Assembly (NCBI GenBank): GCA_017553035.1
Contig: JAFZNE010000021.1
Location: forward strand, 5,250 to 69,249
Origin: Lachnospiraceae bacterium
GTDB taxonomy: Bacteria > Bacillota > Clostridia > Lachnospirales > Lachnospiraceae
Direction of reading: 5' to 3'
DNA length: 64,000 nucleotides
The position numbers were made by a program, and so were the translations under genes. Below, in pieces: positions 18,322 through 27,022 of the stretch. The stretch's first letter is position 1; the number at the start of each line of letters is the position of its first letter. The notes under the pieces are model-generated. The model was not told the DNA's origin. It ran no database searches and saw nothing but the letters and a program-made list of their open reading frames with translations.

Positions 18322-19686
18322 ATGATCAATATTAATGAAGTTTATGAAACAAATGAGATGATAGAGAAAGAGAACCTTGACGTACGTACGATCACGATGG
18401 GTATTTCTCTGTTCGACTGCATAGATTCGGAATTATATAAAACCTGCGACCTGATCTACGACAAGATCTGCCGTAAGGCCGGTAAACTCGTGGAAACTGG
18501 CGAAAAGATATCAAAAGAATACGGCATTCCCGTTGTCAACAAAAGAATAGCGGTTACACCCGCAGCCACGATAGGTTCTTCGGCCTGCAAAAGCAGCGAG
18601 GATTATCTGAGCATTGCCAAAACGCTCGACAGGGCGGCCGAAAGCATCGGAGTCAATCTTATAGGTGGTTATTCGGCGATCGTAAGCAAGGGTATGACAC
18701 CGAAGGAAGAGATGTTCATCGACTCGATCCCCGAGGCGCTTGCGGTCACCTCAAGATTGTGCAGTTCGGTAAATGTGGGCTCTACACGTACCGGCATCAA
18801 CATGGATGCGGTAAGAAAAATGGGGCAGATCGTGCTCGATACAGCCAAACGCTCACACGGTACCGATTCGCTCGGAAGTGCCAAGCTGGTTGTTTTCTGT
18901 AATGCCCCTGATGACAATCCGTTCATGGCGGGAGCATTTAACGGGATAACCGAAGGTGATGCCGTGATCAATGTCGGAGTCAGCGGCCCCGGCGTGGTCA
19001 AATATGCGCTTGAAAAGGTGCATGGGCAGGGTTTTGAAGAATTATGCGAAACGATCAAGAAGACTGCGTTCAAGATTACGCGTGTCGGTCAGCTCGTGGC
19101 CAAGGAAGCGGCCGCGGCTCTAGATGTTCCTTTCGGTATCGTAGATCTGTCGCTTGCGCCTACACCGGCCATCGGTGACAGTGTTGCCGATATTTTGAAG
19201 GAAATGGGACTCGAACAGCCCGGAGCACCCGGTACCACAGCTGCGCTTGCGCTGCTTAACGATCAGGTCAAGAAGGGCGGCGTTATGGCGAGCTCATATG
19301 TCGGCGGATTGAGCGGCGCGTTTATCCCGGTGAGTGAAGACCAGGGCATGATCGATGCCGTCAATGCGGGAGCACTGAGTCTTGAGAAGCTTGAAGCCAT
19401 GACATGCGTATGCTCGGTAGGACTTGATATGATCGCGATACCGGGCGACACACCCGCATCCTCGATCTCGGGGATCATAGCGGATGAGATGGCAATAGGA
19501 ATGATCAACCAGAAGACAACTGCGGTCCGTCTGATCCCGGCTATAGGGATGAAAGTCGGAGATGTGCTCAATTTCGGAGGATTGTTCGGAAAAGCGCCCG
19601 TTATGCCGGTGAACACATTCTCCTGCAATGAATTCATATCAAGACAGGGACGCATCCCTGCACCGATACACAGCTTTAAGAATTAA
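18322..19686 (+). CDS. UPF0210 / PFL-family protein (DUF711)
   Basis: 454 aa. The N-terminus ...[14 protein letters not shown] and overall length match the UPF0210 family, which normally follows the small ACT protein. Confidence 0.75.
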   Translation: MININEVYETNEMIEKENLDVRTITMGISLFDCIDSELYKTCDLIYDKICRKAGKLVETGEKISKEYGIPVVNKRIAVTPAATIGSSACKSSEDYLSIAKTLDRAAESIGVNLIGGYSAIVSKGMTPKEEMFIDSIPEALAVTSRLCSSVNVGSTRTGINMDAVRKMGQIVLDTAKRSHGTDSLGSAKLVVFCNAPDDNPFMAGAFNGITEGDAVINVGVSGPGVVKYALEKVHGQGFEELCETIKKTAFKITRVGQLVAKEAAAALDVPFGIVDLSLAPTPAIGDSVADILKEMGLEQPGAPGTTAALALLNDQVKKGGVMASSYVGGLSGAFIPVSEDQGMIDAVNAGALSLEKLEAMTCVCSVGLDMIAIPGDTPASSISGIIADEMAIGMINQKTTAVRLIPAIGMKVGDVLNFGGLFGKAPVMPVNTFSCNEFISRQGRIPAPIHSFKN

Positions 19687-19704
19687 TGAGGATAAGAAAA
19701 CACT

Positions 19705-21765
19705 ATGAGTACGAAAGATTTTGACGAGATCGATTTCGACGATATGCCCGCAGACGGCGATGTTAACGAAGATATCGATGAGTACGACGAGACCGGGTCA
19801 TATGACGAAGATGAGGATTTCGAGGACGATGTGGAATCCGGGGAAGACGCATATGATGAAAACGAAGAATTGTCGGATGAGTACGATGATTTTGAAGAAG
19901 ATATCCTGGAAGAAGATCTGACTGACGAGGATTTTGATGAATCAGATCTCGATGAGGAAGATCTCGACGAAGAAGAAATGGCATTAGCCGAATCCGATGA
20001 AGTTATCAAAAAGTATGATCCCGATGACTACACCGAGGAAGATTTCAACAGTGTCGGCGAAGGGTCTGATCCGGGACCTGATCCGGAAGAAGAGTCCGGA
20101 GAAAAAAAGAAATCCGGAAAGGCATTTAAGCTCGTTCTTGGAATAGGATTGGGATTCCTTGCTCTTGTCATCCTGTTTGCGGTATGGATCCTTTTTACCA
20201 AGAGCGGCAGTGATTTTATCGGAGGAGTTCTTGCAAAATTTGGTCTCAGCAGTGCCGGAAAGAGCATCGGGGACGAAGAGACCGAGTTTATCCTTAATAA
20301 TTTCGGCATTTCACTTGAAGGAGAACAGCTCAGTTCGTTACTCGCCAAAAAAGGCAAAGACAGGGACAAAGGAATACTGCTCCTTGTATTTGATAAATAT
20401 GGGGTAAATGCTGATGAAAAAGAGATCGAGAGCGTGATCGATAAATTAGAAGGCAGCCTCGATGTGGACAAGATCAAACAGATCCTGCGTGATCACGGTG
20501 TTGATATAGATGCCGAAGACAGGATACGTGAGATCCTTGAGACTTATGAGATCGTCATAAGTGAAGATGAATTGAAGACCATTCTCGCCAAAGACGCGAG
20601 AAGCAGAGATAAAGACATATTAAAGCTCATCCTTGAAGGATACGCCGTCGAGATGGATGATGCGGAAATAGATGCCGCTCTCGGCGAAAACGGAGGCAAT
20701 CTGAATCTCGATGCTGTAAAGCGCATCCTTGCACAATATGGTATCAAGAGCCCCGATGAGATAACTCCTACTCCGGTTCAGAACGATACCACGGCAACCG
20801 TGAGAAGTGAAGATTATGTCAAGACTTACCTGATCTTCGGTATAGAAAGTGTAAGAGTCGGAGAAAACGGTGAGGTATACTATGATAACAGCAGCATAGG
20901 CAATACCGATGCAATATTGCTCGTTTCTGTCAACTCTAAGGACAAGACGATCAAGATGACCTCGATCATGAGAGACACCTTTGTCGAGATCCCGGGATAT
21001 TTCGCCAATAAGATCAATGCGGCATATTCACTGGGAGCAAAGGGATCGAAGTCGGCAGCTGAAGCTCATGAAAAAGGAGCTGACATGCTGATCAAGGTCA
21101 TTGAAAACACATTCAGGATCAAGATCTCGGGCTGGGCATGCGTTAACTTCAACAGCTTTGAAAAGATCGTAGACAGGCTCGGCGGTATCGATATCGAACT
21201 CGGAGAAGCCGAAGCCAGATATCTGAACAGGACAAATTATATCAAGAACGCTTACAACAGGAATCTGTCGGCCGGCTGGAACCATATGAACGGCGATCAG
21301 GTCCGCGGATACTGCAGAGTCCGCAAGGAGAAGACCCTCGGCGGATATAACAATGACTACGGAAGAACAGTAAGACATCAGAGAGTCATCAATGCGATCA
21401 TCAAGAAGTATACCAGTTCCGGTATCATGGAACTGATCCCGATAATGAGCGACATTCTGGGATATGTATTTACTAATCTTTCTGAAGATGAGCTGACTGA
21501 AGTATTGTCAATGGTTATCGACAACAGGATATTTACGACCCAGTCGTTGAGACTTCCCATCGACGGTACTTTCTATGACAGCGGTACCGAGGGCATCGAT
21601 AACGGCAGCGGAAGAAAGATCACCTGGACGCTCGTTATCGGAAATAAGAAACAGGGTATTGTAGGCGGAGAACCCCTTGAAGAAAACATCAAGAAGCTGT
21701 ATCAGTTTGTATTCCTTGATGAAGAAGAAACAGATGAAGAAGCTTCGGATTCGGAAACGGAGTAA
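19705..21765 (+). CDS. LytR-CpsA-Psr (LCP) family protein with a poly-acidic N-terminus
   Basis: ~135-aa D/E-rich N-terminus, a TM helix, then the LCP core TDAILLVSVNSKDKTIKMTSIMRDTFVEIPG...KINAAY. Confidence 0.8.
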   Translation: MSTKDFDEIDFDDMPADGDVNEDIDEYDETGSYDEDEDFEDDVESGEDAYDENEELSDEYDDFEEDILEEDLTDEDFDESDLDEEDLDEEEMALAESDEVIKKYDPDDYTEEDFNSVGEGSDPGPDPEEESGEKKKSGKAFKLVLGIGLGFLALVILFAVWILFTKSGSDFIGGVLAKFGLSSAGKSIGDEETEFILNNFGISLEGEQLSSLLAKKGKDRDKGILLLVFDKYGVNADEKEIESVIDKLEGSLDVDKIKQILRDHGVDIDAEDRIREILETYEIVISEDELKTILAKDARSRDKDILKLILEGYAVEMDDAEIDAALGENGGNLNLDAVKRILAQYGIKSPDEITPTPVQNDTTATVRSEDYVKTYLIFGIESVRVGENGEVYYDNSSIGNTDAILLVSVNSKDKTIKMTSIMRDTFVEIPGYFANKINAAYSLGAKGSKSAAEAHEKGADMLIKVIENTFRIKISGWACVNFNSFEKIVDRLGGIDIELGEAEARYLNRTNYIKNAYNRNLSAGWNHMNGDQVRGYCRVRKEKTLGGYNNDYGRTVRHQRVINAIIKKYTSSGIMELIPIMSDILGYVFTNLSEDELTEVLSMVIDNRIFTTQSLRLPIDGTFYDSGTEGIDNGSGRKITWTLVIGNKKQGIVGGEPLEENIKKLYQFVFLDEEETDEEASDSETE

Positions 21766-21812
21766 CAGGACAGTATATCGTCACAGCGGCTGACGGACAG
21801 AAGAGGTAAACG

Positions 21813-23288
21813 ATGGAACACAACAATACCGGCGATGAAATGATCGAGATCATTCCCGATGTTGTTCCGGAAGAAGATCACGACATTAAGATATCGGATC
21901 CGCAGGCAGATATTCAGGAAGACCTTGATATCAAAATAGCGGATCCCAAAGAAGAAACACCGAAAGATCCCGATATCGTCACTCCTGCTGCGTCTGACAC
22001 TTCCGTGGAGGACGATTTCTCCGAAGAGCTCGAGGAGATCGACCAGGAACAGCAGGATTACGAGATACTTGAAGAGATCGGCGATTCGATAATAAACCAG
22101 GTCGACAGTGAAACCTGGGAAGAAATGGAGAATGAGCGGGAAACCGCAGAGAATGACGGCGAAGACGATGGGGAACCGGATGATGAACCCGGTCCGAAGG
22201 GATTCTTTTCATGGTTTCCCAAATGGGGTTATGTGGTCATAGGCGGTGCATGTGTATTTATAATATTCATGCTCTGGCTGACCATGTCGGCTTCGGGGCA
22301 GCAGCTCCTGATCAAGTTCGGTAGTAAGTATATCGCCGGCAAGATGAATTACCAGCCGGTCGGGCCGGTTGAAGGCGTTGAATATATTTACGATGACGAT
22401 CCCGAAGAAAATGTTGTATCCGGGCCTGTTGCAGACATTCCTGACAATTATACGGTAATAACTCCCGAAATTACGGATATTCCGGAACCGGTCGAGGAGG
22501 AGCAAAGAGTTTACAACATCCTTCTCATAGGTGAAGAAAACATTGATTCGGGCTCTTCGCGCGGACGCAGCGATCTGATCATCATTGCCTCGCTGAATCT
22601 TGATCAGAATAAGATCAAATTGACATCGATCTTACGCGACAGTCTTGTTTCGATACCGAACCATCTGGATAACCGGATCAACGCCGCTTATATGATGGGC
22701 GGAGTATCATTGCTGTATGATACATTCAAGACAAATCTTTCGATAGATTTCGATAATTACTGTCTTGTGAATTTCGAGAGCTTCGAAAAAATAGTGGATG
22801 CGATAGGTGGCGTAGATATCAGCCTGACCGCTGAGGAAGCCGACTATCTCAACCGTACGAATTACATTTCCAAGCCCGAGTACCGGACAGTGAAAGAGGG
22901 AATGAATCATCTTAACGGTAATCAGGCGCTCGGATACTGCCGCGTGCGTAAAGTGCCTACGGCAGACCTTCAATACGGGGATATCGGAAGGACAAGCCGT
23001 CAGCGTAAGCTCTTAAGGAGCGTTGTTGAACGTGTCAGCAGGATGTCCAACATGGAGCTGATGAGTTTTGCGGATAATTGCATGGCTTATGTTACAACTG
23101 ATCTCACTTCCGAGGATGTTGAAAAATTCATGCTTATCCTGTCTTCAATGATGCCTCTGCACCTTGAAGAATTCAGACTGCCTATAGAAGGCAGCTACTC
23201 GGATGTCAGGCTGCGCGGGATGCTTGTAACGCAGATCGATCTTAAGACCAATACCGAGGCATTACGAAAATTTATTTATGGGGAATGA
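21813..23288 (+). CDS. LCP family protein, second paralogue
   Basis: Acidic N-terminus, a TM helix, then the LCP core RSDLIIIASLNLDQNKIKLTSILRDSLVSIPN...RINAAY. Confidence 0.8.
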   Translation: MEHNNTGDEMIEIIPDVVPEEDHDIKISDPQADIQEDLDIKIADPKEETPKDPDIVTPAASDTSVEDDFSEELEEIDQEQQDYEILEEIGDSIINQVDSETWEEMENERETAENDGEDDGEPDDEPGPKGFFSWFPKWGYVVIGGACVFIIFMLWLTMSASGQQLLIKFGSKYIAGKMNYQPVGPVEGVEYIYDDDPEENVVSGPVADIPDNYTVITPEITDIPEPVEEEQRVYNILLIGEENIDSGSSRGRSDLIIIASLNLDQNKIKLTSILRDSLVSIPNHLDNRINAAYMMGGVSLLYDTFKTNLSIDFDNYCLVNFESFEKIVDAIGGVDISLTAEEADYLNRTNYISKPEYRTVKEGMNHLNGNQALGYCRVRKVPTADLQYGDIGRTSRQRKLLRSVVERVSRMSNMELMSFADNCMAYVTTDLTSEDVEKFMLILSSMMPLHLEEFRLPIEGSYSDVRLRGMLVTQIDLKTNTEALRKFIYGE

Positions 23289-24109
23289 AAGGTAGTGAAA
23301 CAATAATGGAAATACAGATGTGGAGAGTACTGCTCGAACCGTATTCGCTTGCTGTCGATGAGCTTAAGGTTAAATTCGAACACATTAAGGAAGCGTACAG
23401 AAAAGCAGGCCAGTATTCACCGATAGAGCTTGTGGACGGACGTGTAAAGAGCATTTCCTCTATTTTGGAAAAAGCGCAGAAAAAGCACATCTCACTTGAC
23501 GATATCGAGTCACATATCGATGATATTGCGGGAATACGAATAATCTGCCAGTTTATCGAGGATATTTATACCGTTGTCGAACTGATCAGAAAGAGATCGG
23601 ACATGAAGATCGTTGAGGAGCTCGACTACGTCAAGAATACCAAGGCTTCCGGCTACAGAAGTTATCATATGGTCATCAAATACCGTATTGAGACGATACA
23701 CGGACCCAAGGACATTTTTACAGAAATTCAGATCAGGACCCTGGCTATGAATTTCTGGGCAACGATCGAACATTCGCTTCAGTACAAATACAAGCAGAAC
23801 ATGCCTGAGGCTCTCCGTATCAGGCTGCTGCGCGCCGCTGAGGCCATAGTCGTTCTTGACCGTGAAATGTCACTGGTACGCGGCGAGATCATGGACGCCC
23901 AGAATTCATTTACGATCAAATCGAATGTCGTGGCGGATATCCTGAGCAATATACAGAACCTCTACAAGGTTGCCAACAAACGTGAAGTAGTAAAGATCCA
24001 GGATGAATTCTACAAGATCTATCAGGAAGGTGATTCGGAGGCGCTGATGCAGTTTGCGAAGGAGCTCGATATCATTTCAGAAGGTTACAGGGCTCAGAGT
24101 CTCGGATGA
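23285..24109 (+). CDS. Small alarmone synthetase (RelQ/RelP-type GTP pyrophosphokinase)
   Basis: RelA_SpoT synthetase core RVKSISSILEKA...DIAGIRIICQF...SGYRSYHMVI...EIQIRTLAMNFWATIEHS. The start ATG overlaps the upstream stop (ATGA). Later in-frame ATGs at 23306 and 23318 are possible starts. Confidence 0.85.
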   Translation: MKGSETIMEIQMWRVLLEPYSLAVDELKVKFEHIKEAYRKAGQYSPIELVDGRVKSISSILEKAQKKHISLDDIESHIDDIAGIRIICQFIEDIYTVVELIRKRSDMKIVEELDYVKNTKASGYRSYHMVIKYRIETIHGPKDIFTEIQIRTLAMNFWATIEHSLQYKYKQNMPEALRIRLLRAAEAIVVLDREMSLVRGEIMDAQNSFTIKSNVVADILSNIQNLYKVANKREVVKIQDEFYKIYQEGDSEALMQFAKELDIISEGYRAQSLG

Positions 24110-24201
24110 TGGATCGTGAATATTCAGAATCCCCTTTATTCGAAAAATGGCGGTTCTGAACAGTTAAGAAATATGTACAGGTTTCACAGGGAGAAAAGCG
24201 G

Positions 24202-25596
24202 ATGGATGGATTTGACTTACCGCAGAGTTTTAAGGATAAGATGGGAAAGCTGCTCGGTGATGAACTGAGCGGTTTTCTTGATTGTTATTCAAAAGAGCAT
24301 AAGGCGGGACTGCGCGTCAATACGCTTAAGACCACTCCCGGGGAATTTGAGAAGATCAGTCCCGTGGAAATCAGAAAAATAAAATGGATACCGAACGGGT
24401 ATTATTATGATCCCGATAACCAGCCTGCGAAACATCCCTATTATTACGCGGGCTTGTATTATATTCAGGAACCGAGTGCAATGACGCCCGCATCGCTGCT
24501 TCCCATTAAAAAAGGAGGCCGTGTCCTTGATCTGTGCGCGGCGCCCGGAGGCAAAACGACCGAGCTCGGAGCACGCCTTGCGGGGAGCGGAGTGCTTGTA
24601 ACCAACGATATCAGCAATTCCAGGGCAAAGGCACTTCTGAAGAACGTGGAGCTGTTTGGGATCAAAAATGCGATCGTTATCAGCGAAGCACCAAACCGCC
24701 TTGCCGAGAGGTTTGACGGATGGTTTGACAGTATTCTGGTCGATGCGCCCTGCTCGGGAGAAGGGATGTTCAGAAAAAGCCATGCCATAATCAAAAACTG
24801 GGAACAGTACGGTACGGGATATTATGCGGGACTTCAGAGGGAGATACTGCCGAGTGCCATAAAAATGCTGCGCCCGGGAGGGTACCTCCTGTATTCGACA
24901 TGTACATTTTCGACTGACGAGGATGAAGGTACCTGCAAATTCATTTTGGATAATTTCCCCGATATGCATTTGGTTCCGGCTATCAGGGACGATGATGAAG
25001 CATACTCCGGGTTCTGTCGCGGACTTCCGGAATATCTGGACGGCAGAGAAGAAGCAGCGTATGCCCTCAGGATATATCCTCACAGAGTTGAAGGAGAGGG
25101 ACACTTCATAGCCCTCTTCAGAAAATCGGAAAGCTCCAATGAACTTACAAATGCAGAAAACGGCCGGTCAAAAGGAGTGAAACTCGGCGGGCAGGCTGCG
25201 GAATTTATGAAGCGGATCGGGTTTGACGTGCCGCAGGAAAGGCTTGTGATACGTGATAACAGGCTTTATCTGCTTCCCGAACATATGCCTTCGCTGGACG
25301 GGCTCAGGATACTGAGATCCGGTTTGCTGCTCGGCGAGATCAGGCAGGATCGTTTTGAACCGTCCCAGGCACTCGCCTGTGCTTTGAAAGCGGAGGAGTA
25401 CGACAATATACTCGACCTCGATCCCGAGGGGCAGGAAGTGATCAGGTATCTGAAGTGTGAGTCACTTGATGAGATACGGGATGCTGCAGACGGTTATGTC
25501 CTGGTCACCTGCAAAGGTTTTCCGCTCGGCTGGGGCAAGCTCTCGGGAGGAAGGCTCAAGAACAAGTATCTTCCCGGATGGAGAATGATGACGTGA
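24202..25596 (+). CDS. rRNA cytosine-C5 methyltransferase (NOL1/NOP2/Sun family, RsmF-like)
   Basis: SAM site VLDLCAAPGGKT and catalytic motifs DAPCSGEGMFRK and YSTCTF. The C-terminal domain is PUA-like. Confidence 0.8.
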   Translation: MDGFDLPQSFKDKMGKLLGDELSGFLDCYSKEHKAGLRVNTLKTTPGEFEKISPVEIRKIKWIPNGYYYDPDNQPAKHPYYYAGLYYIQEPSAMTPASLLPIKKGGRVLDLCAAPGGKTTELGARLAGSGVLVTNDISNSRAKALLKNVELFGIKNAIVISEAPNRLAERFDGWFDSILVDAPCSGEGMFRKSHAIIKNWEQYGTGYYAGLQREILPSAIKMLRPGGYLLYSTCTFSTDEDEGTCKFILDNFPDMHLVPAIRDDDEAYSGFCRGLPEYLDGREEAAYALRIYPHRVEGEGHFIALFRKSESSNELTNAENGRSKGVKLGGQAAEFMKRIGFDVPQERLVIRDNRLYLLPEHMPSLDGLRILRSGLLLGEIRQDRFEPSQALACALKAEEYDNILDLDPEGQEVIRYLKCESLDEIRDAADGYVLVTCKGFPLGWGKLSGGRLKNKYLPGWRMMT

Positions 25597-26333
25597 GACT
25601 TGATAAATACCTTGCAAACAACGGCTTTGGCAGCAGAAGCGAAGTGAAGAAGCTGATCGCGTCCGGCAGGATCACCGTTGACGGGACAGTTGTTACGGAT
25701 CCCGCATTTAAGGTTGGTGACGGAAACACGATCGGAAACGGGATGCCGGACAATAACAGCGACTTCGTAAGTCATGTTTACTACATGCTGAATAAACCGA
25801 ACGGTTATATTACAGCCGCCTCGGATGCGAAGGACCGGACGGTCATGGAACTGCTGGGAAATAACAGGAGAAGCGGGTTAAGCCCTGTCGGGAGACTTGA
25901 TAAGGACACCGAAGGCCTTCTGATCATTACGGATGACGGGAAACTCAATCATTTCCTGACTTCCCCGAAACGCGATGTTCCGAAAAAATATTATGCACTT
26001 CTTGATGGGATCCCGGACGAAGAGGGAATAAAGAAGCTCCGGGAAGGCGTGGCATTTAAGGATTTTACCTCACGCCCCGCAGTCCTTGAGATTGCTTCCT
26101 GCGATAAAGCCGCGGGAACAAGCGAAGTTTATATAACCGTTACCGAAGGTAAATTTCATGAAGTAAAACGTCTTGCCATATCCATAGGTTGTGAGGTAAA
26201 ATATTTAAAGAGGGTAAGCTTCGGAGGGGTTGATCTGGACCCGGAACTCAAAGCAGGTGAATTCAGGGTACTTGATCCCTGTGAACTGGAATGCCTGTTT
26301 GCAAGTGCCGGGATGAAGCCGGATGATAAATGA
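25578..26333 (+). CDS. RsuA/RluB-family rRNA pseudouridine synthase
   Basis: S4 domain RLDKYLANNGFGSRSEVKKLI and catalytic motif VGRLDKDTEGLLI. The GTG at 25593 (VRLDKYL) is an alternative and perhaps better start. Confidence 0.85.
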   Translation: MENDDVRLDKYLANNGFGSRSEVKKLIASGRITVDGTVVTDPAFKVGDGNTIGNGMPDNNSDFVSHVYYMLNKPNGYITAASDAKDRTVMELLGNNRRSGLSPVGRLDKDTEGLLIITDDGKLNHFLTSPKRDVPKKYYALLDGIPDEEGIKKLREGVAFKDFTSRPAVLEIASCDKAAGTSEVYITVTEGKFHEVKRLAISIGCEVKYLKRVSFGGVDLDPELKAGEFRVLDPCELECLFASAGMKPDDK

Positions 26334-26370
26334 CCGAAACGCGAAGTATAGACCGGGAGGCGCGCTGTAA

Positions 26371-27018
26371 ATGTTAAATGATATAAAAGCCGTAATTTTC
26401 GATCTTGACGGCACGCTTGTCGATTCTATGTGGATGTGGCGCGAGATCGATATCGAATATCTTGCCCGTTTCGGGATCGAACTTCCGGATGACCTGCAGA
26501 AATGTATTTCCGGGATGAGTTTCAGCGAGACTGCGGAATATTTCAAAGAACGTTTCAAGATCGACGACGATACGGAAACGATCAAGAATACCTGGAACGA
26601 GATGGCGTGGGATATGTACGCGCACAGAGTCGGCCTCAAGCGGGGAGTCCTGGATTTTGTAAAAAAGCTTAAAAGAAACGGGATCAAGACGGGGATAGCT
26701 TCGAGCAATTCCAGGGAGCTCGTCGAAACCGTGCTTGATTCACTCGGGATCGGGGAATATTTTGATGAAATACATGTTTCATGTGAAGTGGAGCATGGCA
26801 AACCTTTCCCGGATATCTATCTCCTGGTTGCCGAAAAGCTTAATACAGAACCGTCCAAATGCCTTGTATTTGAAGACATCATGGAAGGCATAGAGGCGGG
26901 GCATGCGGCCGGAATGAAGGTCTGCTCCGTTTATGACGATTTTTCGGCAAATGAAAATGAACGTATCAGAACTGCTTCGGATTACTACATTGAGGATTAT
27001 ACACAGATAGAGGTATAA
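26371..27018 (+). CDS. HAD family phosphatase (beta-phosphoglucomutase-like subfamily)
   Basis: Motif I VIFDLDGTLVDS, motif II IASSNS and motif IV VFEDIMEGIEAGHAAGM. Confidence 0.8.
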   Translation: MLNDIKAVIFDLDGTLVDSMWMWREIDIEYLARFGIELPDDLQKCISGMSFSETAEYFKERFKIDDDTETIKNTWNEMAWDMYAHRVGLKRGVLDFVKKLKRNGIKTGIASSNSRELVETVLDSLGIGEYFDEIHVSCEVEHGKPFPDIYLLVAEKLNTEPSKCLVFEDIMEGIEAGHAAGMKVCSVYDDFSANENERIRTASDYYIEDYTQIEV

Positions 27019-27022
27019 GCTT

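Noticed and set aside
19683-20009. Serine-rich 108-aa ORF (SSSSRSSSS...) on the minus strand.
   Set aside because: It is simply the reverse complement of the GAx-rich codons encoding the poly-acidic N-terminus of the LCP protein. The sense-strand gene has a clear LCP domain.
24133-24166. Inverted repeat TTCAGAA ... TTCTGAA upstream of the rRNA methyltransferase gene, and a similar CAGAATT ... AATTCTG pair at 17131..17184.
   Set aside because: The arms are 7 bp with 20 to 40-nt loops in AT-rich spacers, which is within chance expectation.
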